The notes under the pieces were generated by a model that was given only the letters and a program-made list of their open reading frames with translations, did not search any database and was not told the origin of the DNA. The position numbers and the translations under genes were made by a program. Below are positions 48,903 to 58,707 of a stretch of 64,000 bases of DNA, piece by piece (position 1 is the first letter of the stretch; every line of letters begins with the position of its first letter). The DNA comes from Enterococcus cecorum (GTDB lineage: Bacteria; Bacillota; Bacilli; Lactobacillales; Enterococcaceae). The stretch spans positions 3,155-67,154 of the forward strand of contig NZ_JBQKFH010000011.1 in assembly GCF_052119425.1 (NCBI RefSeq). Direction: 5' to 3'.

Positions 48903-50644
48903 TTTCCTTCATCTATGGCTTTGAGTTGTTGGAAGCGTGCGTTGTTTTGGGCTAAGGCAGCGGGGGTTCCAGACATTTCTAGGCGGCCATCTTCAATGAA
49001 AATGACGCGGTCCATGATTTCGATTCCTTGTAGATGGTGGGTAATCCAAATCACGGTCTTATCTTGCAGCTGACTAAAGAACGTATCGATTAAGGCTTGC
49101 TCAGTTAATGGATCAAGGCCGACAGTTGGTTCATCGAGTAAAACAATCGGGGTATCTTGTAATAAAATACGTGCTAAAGCCATTCGATGACGCTCTCCAC
49201 CTGAAAAACGCAAGCCAGCTTCATCCACCATGGTATGTAATCCTTCTGGCAATTGTTCGACTAATTTTTTCAAACCAACTCGTTCTAGCACTTGCCAAAC
49301 TTCTTCTTCACTCTTATTCGTGTTTGCCATACGGACATTATTTAAAATCGTCGTATGGAATAAATAAGGTGCTTGCTGAATGACGCTGATGTAATGACTC
49401 ATCGCATCACCAAACTGATAAGTCGGCACACCACCAAGCGTTAACAGTCCATTTTGCGGTTTCAAATCTCCGCGAATCAAACTAGCCAACGTACTCTTCC
49501 CTGAGCCACTCTTACCTAAAATCGCAATTTTTTCACCTGGTTCAATCGTTAAGTCCAAGCGATCCAAAACAAGATGATGATCATAGCTAAAACTCAAATC
49601 CTCCACTTGAATACGTGTATCGGTCACTTCTATGGTTTTAGGTGCTTCATCAGGTGTTTCATCTAAGGCATTTAAACGATTGATGGAATCTTTATAGACA
49701 TTGCTTTCTTGCATCGCTTCAGGTAACACCACAAAAGCATCCACCACTGGAAAAGCACTTAATACAAAAGCCGCAATCCAGTTCGCTGCGCCCCCATGAT
49801 TTCCGACAAAACGCTGCGAAGTCCAAACGATTAAACCAATCACGACAAAACTATAAATCAATTGGAATAAGACCTGCACTCGTCTGTTAAAGAGGCGTTT
49901 TTGATCTTGCACTTGATAGAGTTCTTGCTCGACTTGTAAATGCGTATCGACATACTCACTTCCACGTTGACTGAAAATCCAATCCGCAACACCTAGCACA
50001 TTATCGGTCAAATCCGTATATAATTCTGTTTTAAGCGTTTTTTCTCTTTCTTGGCGCGCCCCATTGACAACCACGGACCAAACAGGCAAAACAATAACCA
50101 AGATAAAGAGCAACAAGGCTAAATACAAGGCAAAAAAGATAGAGAACATACCGACTGCGATGACGATAAAGGCATATAAAATCAAGGCAATAATCAATGG
50201 GAAAATCGTCCGCAAATAAAGGTTTTGAATATATTGAATGTCTTCTGCTAATAAGCCCAAAATATCTCCCATACGATACTTTTGCTTAAAGACCATCGCA
50301 TCTTTTTCTAAAGTATGGTACAGTTTGCGACGAAGTTTAGAGGTCATCTTCAATACCCAGTTATGACTCGTTAAACGTTCGATATAGCGAAAGACCGGAC
50401 GACTCACCCCAAAGGCCCGCGTTAAGACAATCGGCACATAAACCAGTAAAATATTTTCCGGTAATGAAGCCGACTTACTAATTAAGTATCCTGAGTTGAA
50501 CATTAAAGCGCCGGCACTAAAGAACGTACAAAATCCTAAGAAAATTGCCAACATCAAAGGTGCTTTATAACGTTGAAGGTATGGTTTAACCCAGGTATCC
50601 TTTTCAAAAGCTTTTAGGATAGGAATTTTAGACATGACGTTCAC
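48881..50644 (-). CDS. cydD: CydC/CydD-type ABC transporter (permease fused to ATPase), second gene of the pair
   Basis: 6 TM segments plus an ABC domain (GKSGSGKST, LSGGERHR); position downstream of cydAB. Which gene is cydC and which is cydD depends on naming convention; I follow Bacillus gene order. Confidence 0.75.
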   Translation of the reverse strand: MNVMSKIPILKAFEKDTWVKPYLQRYKAPLMLAIFLGFCTFFSAGALMFNSGYLISKSASLPENILLVYVPIVLTRAFGVSRPVFRYIERLTSHNWVLKMTSKLRRKLYHTLEKDAMVFKQKYRMGDILGLLAEDIQYIQNLYLRTIFPLIIALILYAFIVIAVGMFSIFFALYLALLLFILVIVLPVWSVVVNGARQEREKTLKTELYTDLTDNVLGVADWIFSQRGSEYVDTHLQVEQELYQVQDQKRLFNRRVQVLFQLIYSFVVIGLIVWTSQRFVGNHGGAANWIAAFVLSAFPVVDAFVVLPEAMQESNVYKDSINRLNALDETPDEAPKTIEVTDTRIQVEDLSFSYDHHLVLDRLDLTIEPGEKIAILGKSGSGKSTLASLIRGDLKPQNGLLTLGGVPTYQFGDAMSHYISVIQQAPYLFHTTILNNVRMANTNKSEEEVWQVLERVGLKKLVEQLPEGLHTMVDEAGLRFSGGERHRMALARILLQDTPIVLLDEPTVGLDPLTEQALIDTFFSQLQDKTVIWITHHLQGIEIMDRVIFIEDGRLEMSGTPAALAQNNARFQQLKAIDEGKVVNQLV

Positions 50645-52349
50645 CTCGCATTTTCTTCGTTAGTTCAAAGAAGGCGCCCCGTTTTTCGGTTAATTCGTTA
50701 AAGGTTCCCGCCTCGACTAATTTTCCTTCTTCTAAGACTAAAATATAATCCATTTGGTGCATCCAGTGCATACGGTGAGTCGCAAAAAAGACCAAACGAT
50801 TTTCCATTAGCGGTAACATCTGATTCTTTAATTCGACCTCGGTTTCAATATCCAAATGGGCAGTTGGTTCATCTAAAATCAACACTTTGCGATTCTTATC
50901 TAAAAAGGCCCGTGCTAAGGCAATTCGCTGTGCTTGACCCCCACTTAGACTCCGTGCCCCTTCACCGATTAAGGTATCCAAGCCATCTGGTAATTGGGCG
51001 AACAATTCGCTAAGCCCAGCAACTTCAATGGCTTGCATAATCGCCGCATCATCAGCTTCTGGTGTATAAAAGGCAATATTTTCTCGTAAACTTGCCCGGA
51101 AAACATAAGGATTTTGCGGAATATAAATCAACTGCTTTTGCCAATCTTCTTGTTTAAAGCTAGTCGTTTCTTCGCCATTAAAGAGAATCGAGCCTTGCTT
51201 AGGTGTTAAAAAGCCACTCATGACATTCATCAGCGTGGACTTCCCTGAACCACTCATCCCAATGACGCCAATTTTTTGGTAGCCACTTACTTGTAAATTC
51301 ACTGGTTGTAAGCCTGAGCCTTGACCATAATCAAAGGAAAGCTCACTTAAATCAAGCGTTGAGGATTCATTCCAAGGAGCAATGGCGATTTGTTCCACTT
51401 CATTTTCGGGTAATTCTAAAATTTCACGAATCGCTGTCATCGCATTTTTCCCATCTAAAGTCGCATGATAATCACTTGAAAAATCACGAACCGGCAAGAA
51501 ATATTCTGGTGCTAAAATAAGAACCGTCAATGCTGGGAATAATAAGATTTCCGCATTTAACAAACGCAAACCTAAAAAGACCGCCACAATCGCTACTGAT
51601 AATGTCGTAAAGAAATCTAAAGCAAAGGTGGACAAAATCGCAATCCTTAACGTAGACATGGTCGCTTTCCGGAATTGTTCACTGGTTTGATAGATGCCTT
51701 TTTCATAAGATTTACTCATGCCAAATAGTTTCAACGTATCAATCCCACGCAACGAATCGATGAAATGGTTCGATAAAATTTGGAAGGAACGATATTGACG
51801 GTCGGCCTTGGCTTGAGCAGCATATCCTAATACAATCATAAAAATGATAATTAATGGAAATACTAAAAGCAAAATCACGCCACTGACCCAGTCATAGTAA
51901 AAGACCACGACTAAAATCACCCAAGGCACAATCATCATATTCATCATCTTGGCTAAAATCAGATGTATATAATTTTCGACTTGACTGATACCATCTACGG
52001 TCATAGTCGTTACATTTCCCGTACCATGTGCTTGAACCACGGTAGGACCAAGTTTAAAGATTTTTTGCAATAATTGGGTACGTAGCTTTTTGGCTTGTTC
52101 TTGCGCATAATTATCTAAAAGTCGTTCACGCAAGTAAGTAATCACATGTCGAGCCATGAAAAATAGGAAAAAACCAAGCACGTAAAGTCCGACTTCTTTA
52201 AGTGTGTGACCTTCCCATAAATGAGTAATCGCCGCACTTAACATCCATGCTTGGCCAATGATAAAGATTGCTTGCAAGAAAGCAAATCCTGCAAGCAACC
52301 CAAACATTTGTCTAATTTTTTCAAGGCGCATAATTGCCTTATCTATCAT
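50628..52349 (-). CDS. cydC: CydC/CydD-type ABC transporter (permease fused to ATPase), first gene of the pair
   Basis: 6 TM segments plus an ABC domain (GMSGSGKST, LSGGQAQR); overlaps its neighbours by 17 nt and 4 nt. Confidence 0.75.
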   Translation of the reverse strand: MIDKAIMRLEKIRQMFGLLAGFAFLQAIFIIGQAWMLSAAITHLWEGHTLKEVGLYVLGFFLFFMARHVITYLRERLLDNYAQEQAKKLRTQLLQKIFKLGPTVVQAHGTGNVTTMTVDGISQVENYIHLILAKMMNMMIVPWVILVVVFYYDWVSGVILLLVFPLIIIFMIVLGYAAQAKADRQYRSFQILSNHFIDSLRGIDTLKLFGMSKSYEKGIYQTSEQFRKATMSTLRIAILSTFALDFFTTLSVAIVAVFLGLRLLNAEILLFPALTVLILAPEYFLPVRDFSSDYHATLDGKNAMTAIREILELPENEVEQIAIAPWNESSTLDLSELSFDYGQGSGLQPVNLQVSGYQKIGVIGMSGSGKSTLMNVMSGFLTPKQGSILFNGEETTSFKQEDWQKQLIYIPQNPYVFRASLRENIAFYTPEADDAAIMQAIEVAGLSELFAQLPDGLDTLIGEGARSLSGGQAQRIALARAFLDKNRKVLILDEPTAHLDIETEVELKNQMLPLMENRLVFFATHRMHWMHQMDYILVLEEGKLVEAGTFNELTEKRGAFFELTKKMRGERHV

Positions 52350-53362
52350 TCTTCATACCCCGCTACATCAGCAGTCACACGTTTTCTGAAGATATAGTAT
52401 GTCCAAGCAAAGTAAGCTAAGACAAATGGTAATAAAGTAATTGCGACAATACTCATAATCTTCAAGGTGTAAGGTGTTGAAGAAGCATTCTTAATCAATA
52501 AGTCAAATTTAGAACTGATTGAACTAATCATCACACGTGGGAATAAACCAGTAAATAGTAAAGCCACTAGTGAGACTAAAGTTAAACCACTGGCTAAAAA
52601 GGCTGCTAATTCTTTTCCTTTTAAGACTGAAATATTTGCAAAAACCGTTAATAACACGATTAACACCACTAAAGCTAAAGTTGTTGCAAAGTGTAGTTTA
52701 AAGAAGTCTGTTTGTAAGTATAATAGAATCGCAAATACGACTAAACCTGCGTAAAGTACGTAATATAAAACTTTCGCATAATCGCGCGCACGATGACGGA
52801 TTGGGCCATCTGTTTTTAGCGCGATATAGTTTAAGCCGTGTAAGTAGCAAAGTAAAGTTAAAGCAACGCCACCCACGATAGAGAAAATATTAAAGTAATC
52901 TGTAAAGTGAGCAGTCATATTTCCATTGGCATCTAAAGGCATTCCTTGAATCATGCTGATAAAGATAATCCCAAAGAAGAATGGCACGATAAAACTACCA
53001 ATCGTTAATGTCCAGTTCCAGAAATTCTTTTTACTTGGTTCGACTTTGTGACGGAATTCAAATGAAACCCCACGGATGATTAAACCAAATAAAATCGTGA
53101 ACAATAGTAGGTAATAACCACTGAACAATGAGGCATACCAGAAAGGAAATGACGCAAACATCGCTCCACCAGCAGTTAATAACCAAACTTCATTTCCATC
53201 CCAAACTGGGCCGATTGTCGCAACTAATTGATCTCTTTCTTTTTCATTTTTGGCTAATGTATGCATAGACATGCCCACACCATAGTCAAAACCTTCTAAA
53301 AAGAAATAACCTGAGAATAATACACCAATTAAGAAGAACCATAAAAGTTGTAAATTACTCAT
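52346..53362 (-). CDS. cydB: Cytochrome bd ubiquinol oxidase subunit II
   Basis: Start re-called at MSNLQL (53362), with a GGAGGTG SD inside the end of cydA (ATGAGTAA overlap); polytopic membrane protein. Confidence 0.85.
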   Translation of the reverse strand: MSNLQLLWFFLIGVLFSGYFFLEGFDYGVGMSMHTLAKNEKERDQLVATIGPVWDGNEVWLLTAGGAMFASFPFWYASLFSGYYLLLFTILFGLIIRGVSFEFRHKVEPSKKNFWNWTLTIGSFIVPFFFGIIFISMIQGMPLDANGNMTAHFTDYFNIFSIVGGVALTLLCYLHGLNYIALKTDGPIRHRARDYAKVLYYVLYAGLVVFAILLYLQTDFFKLHFATTLALVVLIVLLTVFANISVLKGKELAAFLASGLTLVSLVALLFTGLFPRVMISSISSKFDLLIKNASSTPYTLKIMSIVAITLLPFVLAYFAWTYYIFRKRVTADVAGYEE

Positions 53363-54797
53363 GAACGGCACCTCCTTCAAATGGATCGACCGGACTTTCT
53401 ACTGCGACTTCTTCTAATTCAGGGCCTTTGCGAACTTCTTTGACCACTAAAGTCACCATCACAGCAGCTAATCCTGTAAATAGTAAGAAGTAAATCGTAT
53501 TAGAAATTAATAATGAAGTAGTAGATACATTTGGTGACACACTATCCATGATGGTAAATACACCATAAACTGTCCATGGATAACGACCTAATTCAGTAAT
53601 TAACCAACCAGTTGTATTAGCTAAGAATGGCGCAAAAGTCGTTAAAGCCATGACCCAAATGACCCAACGTTTCTTAAATAGACTTGGATCTGGTTTTCTT
53701 GTCATCACTAGTCCAACGATTGAAACTAAAAGCATCAATACGCCAAAGCCAGCCATCACACGGAAGCTCCAGAACAAAGCATTTACTGGTGGGTAGAAGT
53801 TCAAATCTTCACCCGTTGATTTTTTGTAAGCTGCTACTTGATCTTTGAAATCTTTTTGGAACTGTTCGTTTAATTCGTTCATCCCTTTGATTTCTTTATT
53901 TGGGTTATTGAAAGCTAAAATCCCTAACATGTAAGGCACTTTCACCCCAAAGACTTCTTGTTTGTTTAATTCATCTGCCCAGCCGACGATGGTCCAAGCA
54001 TTGGTCTTTTCGTAAGCTCCTTCAGTGGCAGCTAATTTCATTGGTTGTGTTTCTACTAAGTCTTTCATTTGTAAGTCCCCAGCAAGTAACACGCCTAATG
54101 AACCGACTAAAGCAACGGTTAACCCTACACGAATAGATTTGCGGTAGAAGTCTTTGAATTTGTCTGTAAGATTTTTGTTGCGTAATAATTGGAAAGCCGT
54201 TAATCCAGCAACAATAATCCCACCCATTGTAATCGCCGCAGTAATGACGTGTGAGTATTCATACCAAGTTTGTGGGTTTTTAATTAAAGCGAAGAAATCA
54301 GTCATTTCCGCGCGACCATTACGTAGTGCATAGCCTGTTGGGTGTTGCATGAACGCATTGGCAATTAAAATCCACAAGGCAGATAACATCGAACCTAATG
54401 TTACCAACCAAATAAAGACTACGTGAAGTTTAGGACTTACTCGCTTCCAAGTAAACATCCATAGTCCTAAGAAAGTTGATTCCATAAAGAAAGCTAATAG
54501 GGCTTCAACAGCTAGCGGTGCACCGAAAATATCACCAACGAATCGAGAATAATCTGACCAGTTCATCCCGAATTGGAATTCTTGAATAATACCAGTAACG
54601 ACACCGACCGCAAAGCTTAGAAGAAAAATATTTCCCCAGAACTTAGCCATCTTTTTGTACATTTCGTCCTTTTTAACAACATACAGTGTTTCCATCACAG
54701 AAATTACTAAAGCGGTACCGATAGAAAAGGGTACGAAGAAATAGTGAAACACTGTTGTCATCGCAAATTGGAAACGTGCTAATGACACAATATCCAT
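53355..54797 (-). CDS. cydA: Cytochrome bd ubiquinol oxidase subunit I
   Basis: CydA conserved N-terminus (FHYFFVPFSIG), Q-loop region; GGAGG SD. Confidence 0.9.
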   Translation of the reverse strand: MDIVSLARFQFAMTTVFHYFFVPFSIGTALVISVMETLYVVKKDEMYKKMAKFWGNIFLLSFAVGVVTGIIQEFQFGMNWSDYSRFVGDIFGAPLAVEALLAFFMESTFLGLWMFTWKRVSPKLHVVFIWLVTLGSMLSALWILIANAFMQHPTGYALRNGRAEMTDFFALIKNPQTWYEYSHVITAAITMGGIIVAGLTAFQLLRNKNLTDKFKDFYRKSIRVGLTVALVGSLGVLLAGDLQMKDLVETQPMKLAATEGAYEKTNAWTIVGWADELNKQEVFGVKVPYMLGILAFNNPNKEIKGMNELNEQFQKDFKDQVAAYKKSTGEDLNFYPPVNALFWSFRVMAGFGVLMLLVSIVGLVMTRKPDPSLFKKRWVIWVMALTTFAPFLANTTGWLITELGRYPWTVYGVFTIMDSVSPNVSTTSLLISNTIYFLLFTGLAAVMVTLVVKEVRKGPELEEVAVESPVDPFEGGAVHE

Positions 54798-55377
54798 TTC
54801 AAATCCTCCAATATAAAATGATTTGCTCGAAAAACTTCAAGCAGTGACGAATAAAGCAAATCTCATCATCAGACATCGGACTTGCTACAAACAAACGGCT
54901 TTTCGCTGTACTCACTTATTTCAAACGGCTTATCAGTGAAATCAACAAAAAGTTTGTCCGAGTGATAAAAATAATGAAAATACATTCACTCTATAGCTTT
55001 ATTGTATACTTTTTTCTTATATTTTCAAAGATTTTATTTCGCACTTTATCATAAGTTTTTATTGAAATATCAAATAAAAAGAACAATTGCTATGTAAAAA
55101 TTTTATCATTTGACCCATTTTCATAAAAATACAAAACAAAAGATATTTTAATGTACGTTATCTATTTTTTAGTTAGAATAATTATAAATTTTATCAACCT
55201 ATCAAATTTATCCCTATTTTTCAACTTTATGAAAATTTAAGATAACATTTATTTATTTTTGAACAGAGATAAACATGTAGATATCAGTATTTAAATAGCA
55301 ACCACGGACATTCTTGTGGGGATTTTCTAGTTCGGGGTGAAGTTTTTTGGTCGATGCCTAGCTATTTTTAAAAAATT

Positions 55378-55490
55378 TGCTATAATGTAGATGAAAGCAA
55401 TCGTCCGTTTTTGACGGTCGCATAGTTATTTAGGCAAAATAGCCGTTCTAACCTCGCGAAAAAATTAAGTTAGAGGAACGGCTATTTTTC
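55378..55490 (+). ncRNA. Candidate small RNA 1: extended -10 promoter TGcTATAAT (55378-55386), a ~100-nt transcript and an intrinsic terminator
   Basis: Conserved core tccgtttttgacggtcgcata plus the GC-rich hairpin aatagccgttctaac...gttagaggaacggctattttt. Paralogous to 55585-55724. Confidence 0.45.
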
Positions 55491-55493
55491 TTG

Positions 55494-55541
55494 CCTTATT
55501 TTCCATATTTACACAAAAACCAGAGAATAAGTCCCTGGTTT
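55494..55541. repeat. 48-bp direct repeat copy 1 (hairpin AAAACCAG-N11-CTGGTTTT); also found at 56022-56069
   Basis: cttattttccatatttacacaaaaaccagagaataagtccctggttt versus ctattatttcccatatttacacaaaaaccagagagcaagtccctggttt. Confidence 0.6.
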
Positions 55542-55584
55542 TATAGTTGTAAAATTAAAAAAAATCGACAAATAAAAAAAAGTA

Positions 55585-55724
55585 TGCTAGAATACAAATG
55601 AAAAGAGGGACTGCTGGTACAATCCCCCTTATCAGAGATAGTCCGTTTTTGACGGTCGCATATTTATACTTGGCAAAATAGCCGTTCTAACGTAGCGAAA
55701 AAGTTAGAGGACGGCTATTTTTTC
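55585..55724 (+). ncRNA. Candidate small RNA 2 (paralog of sRNA 1): extended -10 TGcTAGAAT (55585-55593), a ~125-nt transcript and an intrinsic terminator
   Basis: Same core gtccgtttttgacggtcgcata, and the hairpin aatagccgttctaac..gttagaggacggctattttttc. Its 3' end converges on the peptide gene at 55757-55834. Confidence 0.45.
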
Positions 55725-55756
55725 TTGCCATTGTTGCCTAGGATTAAACCTATGAT

Positions 55757-55834
55757 TTAGATCACTAATGATAGCGTACCAAAAATCACCGCAACTACGA
55801 TTGAAATAATCGCAATAATGTCGCTGGCTGACAT
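55757..55834 (-). CDS. Unannotated 25-aa hydrophobic peptide (MSASDIIAIISIVVAVIFGTLSLVI), candidate type I toxin
   Basis: AAAGGAG SD 10 nt upstream of the ATG; a single predicted TM helix; convergent with sRNA 2 across its terminator. Putative minus-strand promoter TGaTAGAAT (plus coordinates 55926-55934). Confidence 0.4.
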   Translation of the reverse strand: MSASDIIAIISIVVAVIFGTLSLVI

Positions 55835-56021
55835 GAAAGCAAATCTCCTTTCTGATAGATTTTGCATAAGCACCACCTACTTCCAGTTGAATTTGCAACC
55901 GCCATAACTGCATATCTCAAAACTTATTCTATCACAAATTAATTTTAAATAAGAACAGAAATACCCCAATCATTTTCTCTTTTTTCGCTATATAATTTCA
56001 CTTAATTTTGAGAATTTTATC

Positions 56022-56069
56022 TATTATTTCCCATATTTACACAAAAACCAGAGAGCAAGTCCCTGGTTT
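56022..56069. repeat. 48-bp direct repeat copy 2, which doubles as the LysR-gene terminator
   Basis: See copy 1. It ends exactly at the LysR stop codon. Confidence 0.6.
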
Positions 56070-56979
56070 ATTTTGATGGATGAAAATGTTGTAAATAGTC
56101 TTTCAGTCGCGTCAAAAAGCTTTCCGCCATATCTGAAAGGACACGGTCTTTTTGATGAATCGCAATTAACTGACTTTTCGGCGCATTGGCTAGCGGAATC
56201 AGTAAAATCCCCTGCGAAGGCCCATCTTCTACCAAGCCAGAGCCAGAACCATAGGCATTTGTGCGTGTTAAGATACCGGTTAATGTCGCGCGGTCAGAGG
56301 CGTGAATGACCTGCACCACCTCTGGAAAATCCAATAAATCCTCTGAAAAATAAGTATAATGGTCACTTTCTTGTGAGAAACGGATTTGCGGATAAGGCAT
56401 TAAATCATCTAAGGTAATCTCTGCTTTGGTCGCTAAAGGATGATTTTCACCTAAAAAGATATGCGTTTGAAACTCATGCAACACCTCATAAGTCAGCTCA
56501 CTAGCCTTAAACATCCGCTCTAAAGCTACTTTATTGGAAGCATTCAGATATAAAATACCCAATTCACTACGATATTCTTCCACATCTTTAATCACGCTCA
56601 AAGTCGTATTTTCGTATATGCGGAAAGATTCACACTCTGGAAAATCCTGAATCATCTCGCTTAGAATAATAGATAAGAAATCATAGTGCTGACTGGCAAT
56701 CGAAAAATGCTTGGTATGATCGCTTTTCGTGGCATAACGATTTTCAAGCAACTCCACTTGCGATAAAATTTGTTGCGCATATTGGAAAAAATCGCTACCT
56801 TCTTTAGTCAGATAGGCCCCTTGACTCGTGCGTTCAAATAGTTGCACATTTAATTCTTGTTCTAATTCTTTAATCGCATGGGACAGACTCGGTTGCGATA
56901 CATAGAGTTTTTTGGCTGCTTCTCGAAAACTCCCATTATTCGCAATCGCCGTCACATAACGCATTTGTTGAATATTCAT
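56068..56979 (-). CDS. LysR-family transcriptional regulator
   Basis: N-terminal HTH (MNIQQMRYVTAIANNGSFREAAKKLYVSQPSLSHAIKELE) plus a substrate-binding domain. Confidence 0.85.
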   Translation of the reverse strand: MNIQQMRYVTAIANNGSFREAAKKLYVSQPSLSHAIKELEQELNVQLFERTSQGAYLTKEGSDFFQYAQQILSQVELLENRYATKSDHTKHFSIASQHYDFLSIILSEMIQDFPECESFRIYENTTLSVIKDVEEYRSELGILYLNASNKVALERMFKASELTYEVLHEFQTHIFLGENHPLATKAEITLDDLMPYPQIRFSQESDHYTYFSEDLLDFPEVVQVIHASDRATLTGILTRTNAYGSGSGLVEDGPSQGILLIPLANAPKSQLIAIHQKDRVLSDMAESFLTRLKDYLQHFHPSK

Positions 56980-57120
56980 CCTAAAACCACCTTTTTACCT
57001 TCCTTTTTTCCCATTATACCTTTTTATCTGCTCATTTGTGAACAACTTCTAGACTTTCATTTGATAGCCTTTATCTATCACGCTTCGCAACTCGCGTCTA
57101 AGCAAGCTACCTCATAACCT

Positions 57121-58473
57121 TTATCTCATTGTCACAAATTCTTCGGCGCCGGTTGGGTGGATGGCTACGGTGTTGTCAAAATCGGCTTTGGTTGCGCCCA
57201 TTTTAATCGCCACCGCAAAGCCTTGAAGCATTTCATCGACTCCTACGCCAATGCCATGAAGTCCGATAATTTTTTCTTCTTCACCTAAGCAGACTAGTTT
57301 CATCACAGATTTTTCGCGGAAGTCGCTTAACGCATAATGCATCGGTGTGAAAGTGGAGCGATACACTTTGATATTTTCGGCACCATATTTTTCAATGGCT
57401 GCTTCTTCACTATCGCCAATTGTTGCAATAGCTGGATGCGTGAAAATCACAGTTGGTACTAAATTGTAATCCAAATGCGCATCGGTTTGACCATTGAATA
57501 AACGCTCAGACAATCGACGTCCAGCCGCAATTGCCACTGGGGTTAATTCTAATTTACCAATCACATCGCCCACTGCAAAAATATGATCCACGCTTGTCTT
57601 TTGATATTTATCCACTGCAATAAAGCCTCGGTCATCCAGCTTGACATCCGTATTTTCCAAACCAATCTTTTCCACATTTGGCACGCGTCCTCCGGCAAAC
57701 AATACATAATCTGTCGCAATAACCGCACCATTTTCAAAAGTCACTTCATAACCGCTAGCTGTCTTTTCGATTTTGGCTGGTACATGATTGGCCTTAGTCG
57801 TAATGCCGCGCGCTTGATATAAATTCACTAAAGATTCGATTATTTGGGTGTCAAACTGGCGCAATGGTCGTGCTTTGCGATACGCCCAAGTCACCTGTGA
57901 ACCTAAACCATGCATCACACCGGCCAATTCTGCCGCAATATAACCAGCCCCTAAAATCAAAACATGCTTAGGTAACTTAGTTAAAGCAAAGAAATCATCG
58001 GAGTTTTTCGCATATTCGCCACCAGGAATCGCTAAGGGCATCGGTCTAGCTCCGGTCGCAATCAAAATGTTTTCCCCATAAAATTGTTGGTTGTCCACAG
58101 AAATCACATGGTTATCCACAAATTGTGCATAACCGTGAATAACTTCAACTTTATTGCTATCAAGGCCTCTTTGGTACGCACCATGTAGAAATTCAATATA
58201 CTTTTCACGGTTTTCCACAAGTTTTGCGAAATCAAACTTATCCACATGTGCATAAATACCGTAGCCTGCTGCTTCTTTTTCCACAGCTTCAATCACATGA
58301 CTCGCTTGCCACATCACCTTTTTAGGGACACAGCCGACATTCACACAGGTACCCCCTAGATGACGACTTTCAATCAATAACACTTTAGCACCACGCATCG
58401 CAGCTCGGTTCGCAGAGGCAATTCCCCCACTCCCGCCACCAATAACAATATAATCATAAGTTGGTATACTCAT
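57121..58473 (-). CDS. gor: Glutathione-disulfide reductase
   Basis: FAD ADP-binding site IGGGSGG, redox-active [14 protein letters not shown]-terminal HPT dimerisation motif. Confidence 0.85.
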   Translation of the reverse strand: MSIPTYDYIVIGGGSGGIASANRAAMRGAKVLLIESRHLGGTCVNVGCVPKKVMWQASHVIEAVEKEAAGYGIYAHVDKFDFAKLVENREKYIEFLHGAYQRGLDSNKVEVIHGYAQFVDNHVISVDNQQFYGENILIATGARPMPLAIPGGEYAKNSDDFFALTKLPKHVLILGAGYIAAELAGVMHGLGSQVTWAYRKARPLRQFDTQIIESLVNLYQARGITTKANHVPAKIEKTASGYEVTFENGAVIATDYVLFAGGRVPNVEKIGLENTDVKLDDRGFIAVDKYQKTSVDHIFAVGDVIGKLELTPVAIAAGRRLSERLFNGQTDAHLDYNLVPTVIFTHPAIATIGDSEEAAIEKYGAENIKVYRSTFTPMHYALSDFREKSVMKLVCLGEEEKIIGLHGIGVGVDEMLQGFAVAIKMGATKADFDNTVAIHPTGAEEFVTMR

Positions 58474-58707
58474 TTACATCACCTTAAAAAATTATTTTCA
58501 ACACTTTTTGGTTGAATATTTGCTTTGAGTATAACATAACCTTGAAAAATCCCCAAAATATCTGCCATTGGCGAAACAACATTTACAAATTGCATATATT
58601 TTTTGCTATTATTTTGTAAATACTATTTGAATTCCACTGTAAACGCTTATCAATTCACACACCTTTTGATACGATAAAGATAAGAAAACAACAAAGGAAG
58701 AGGTACT

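Noticed and set aside
54798-55320. Rex or other operator upstream of cydA
   Set aside because: Only weak half-site matches (for example TCAGTGAAATCAACAAA). Nothing is convincing without a matrix scan, so it is not called.
55704-55913. 69-aa ORF on the minus strand in the cydA-LysR intergenic region
   Set aside because: No SD, implausible composition, and it overlaps the SD-preceded 25-codon hydrophobic ORF in another frame.
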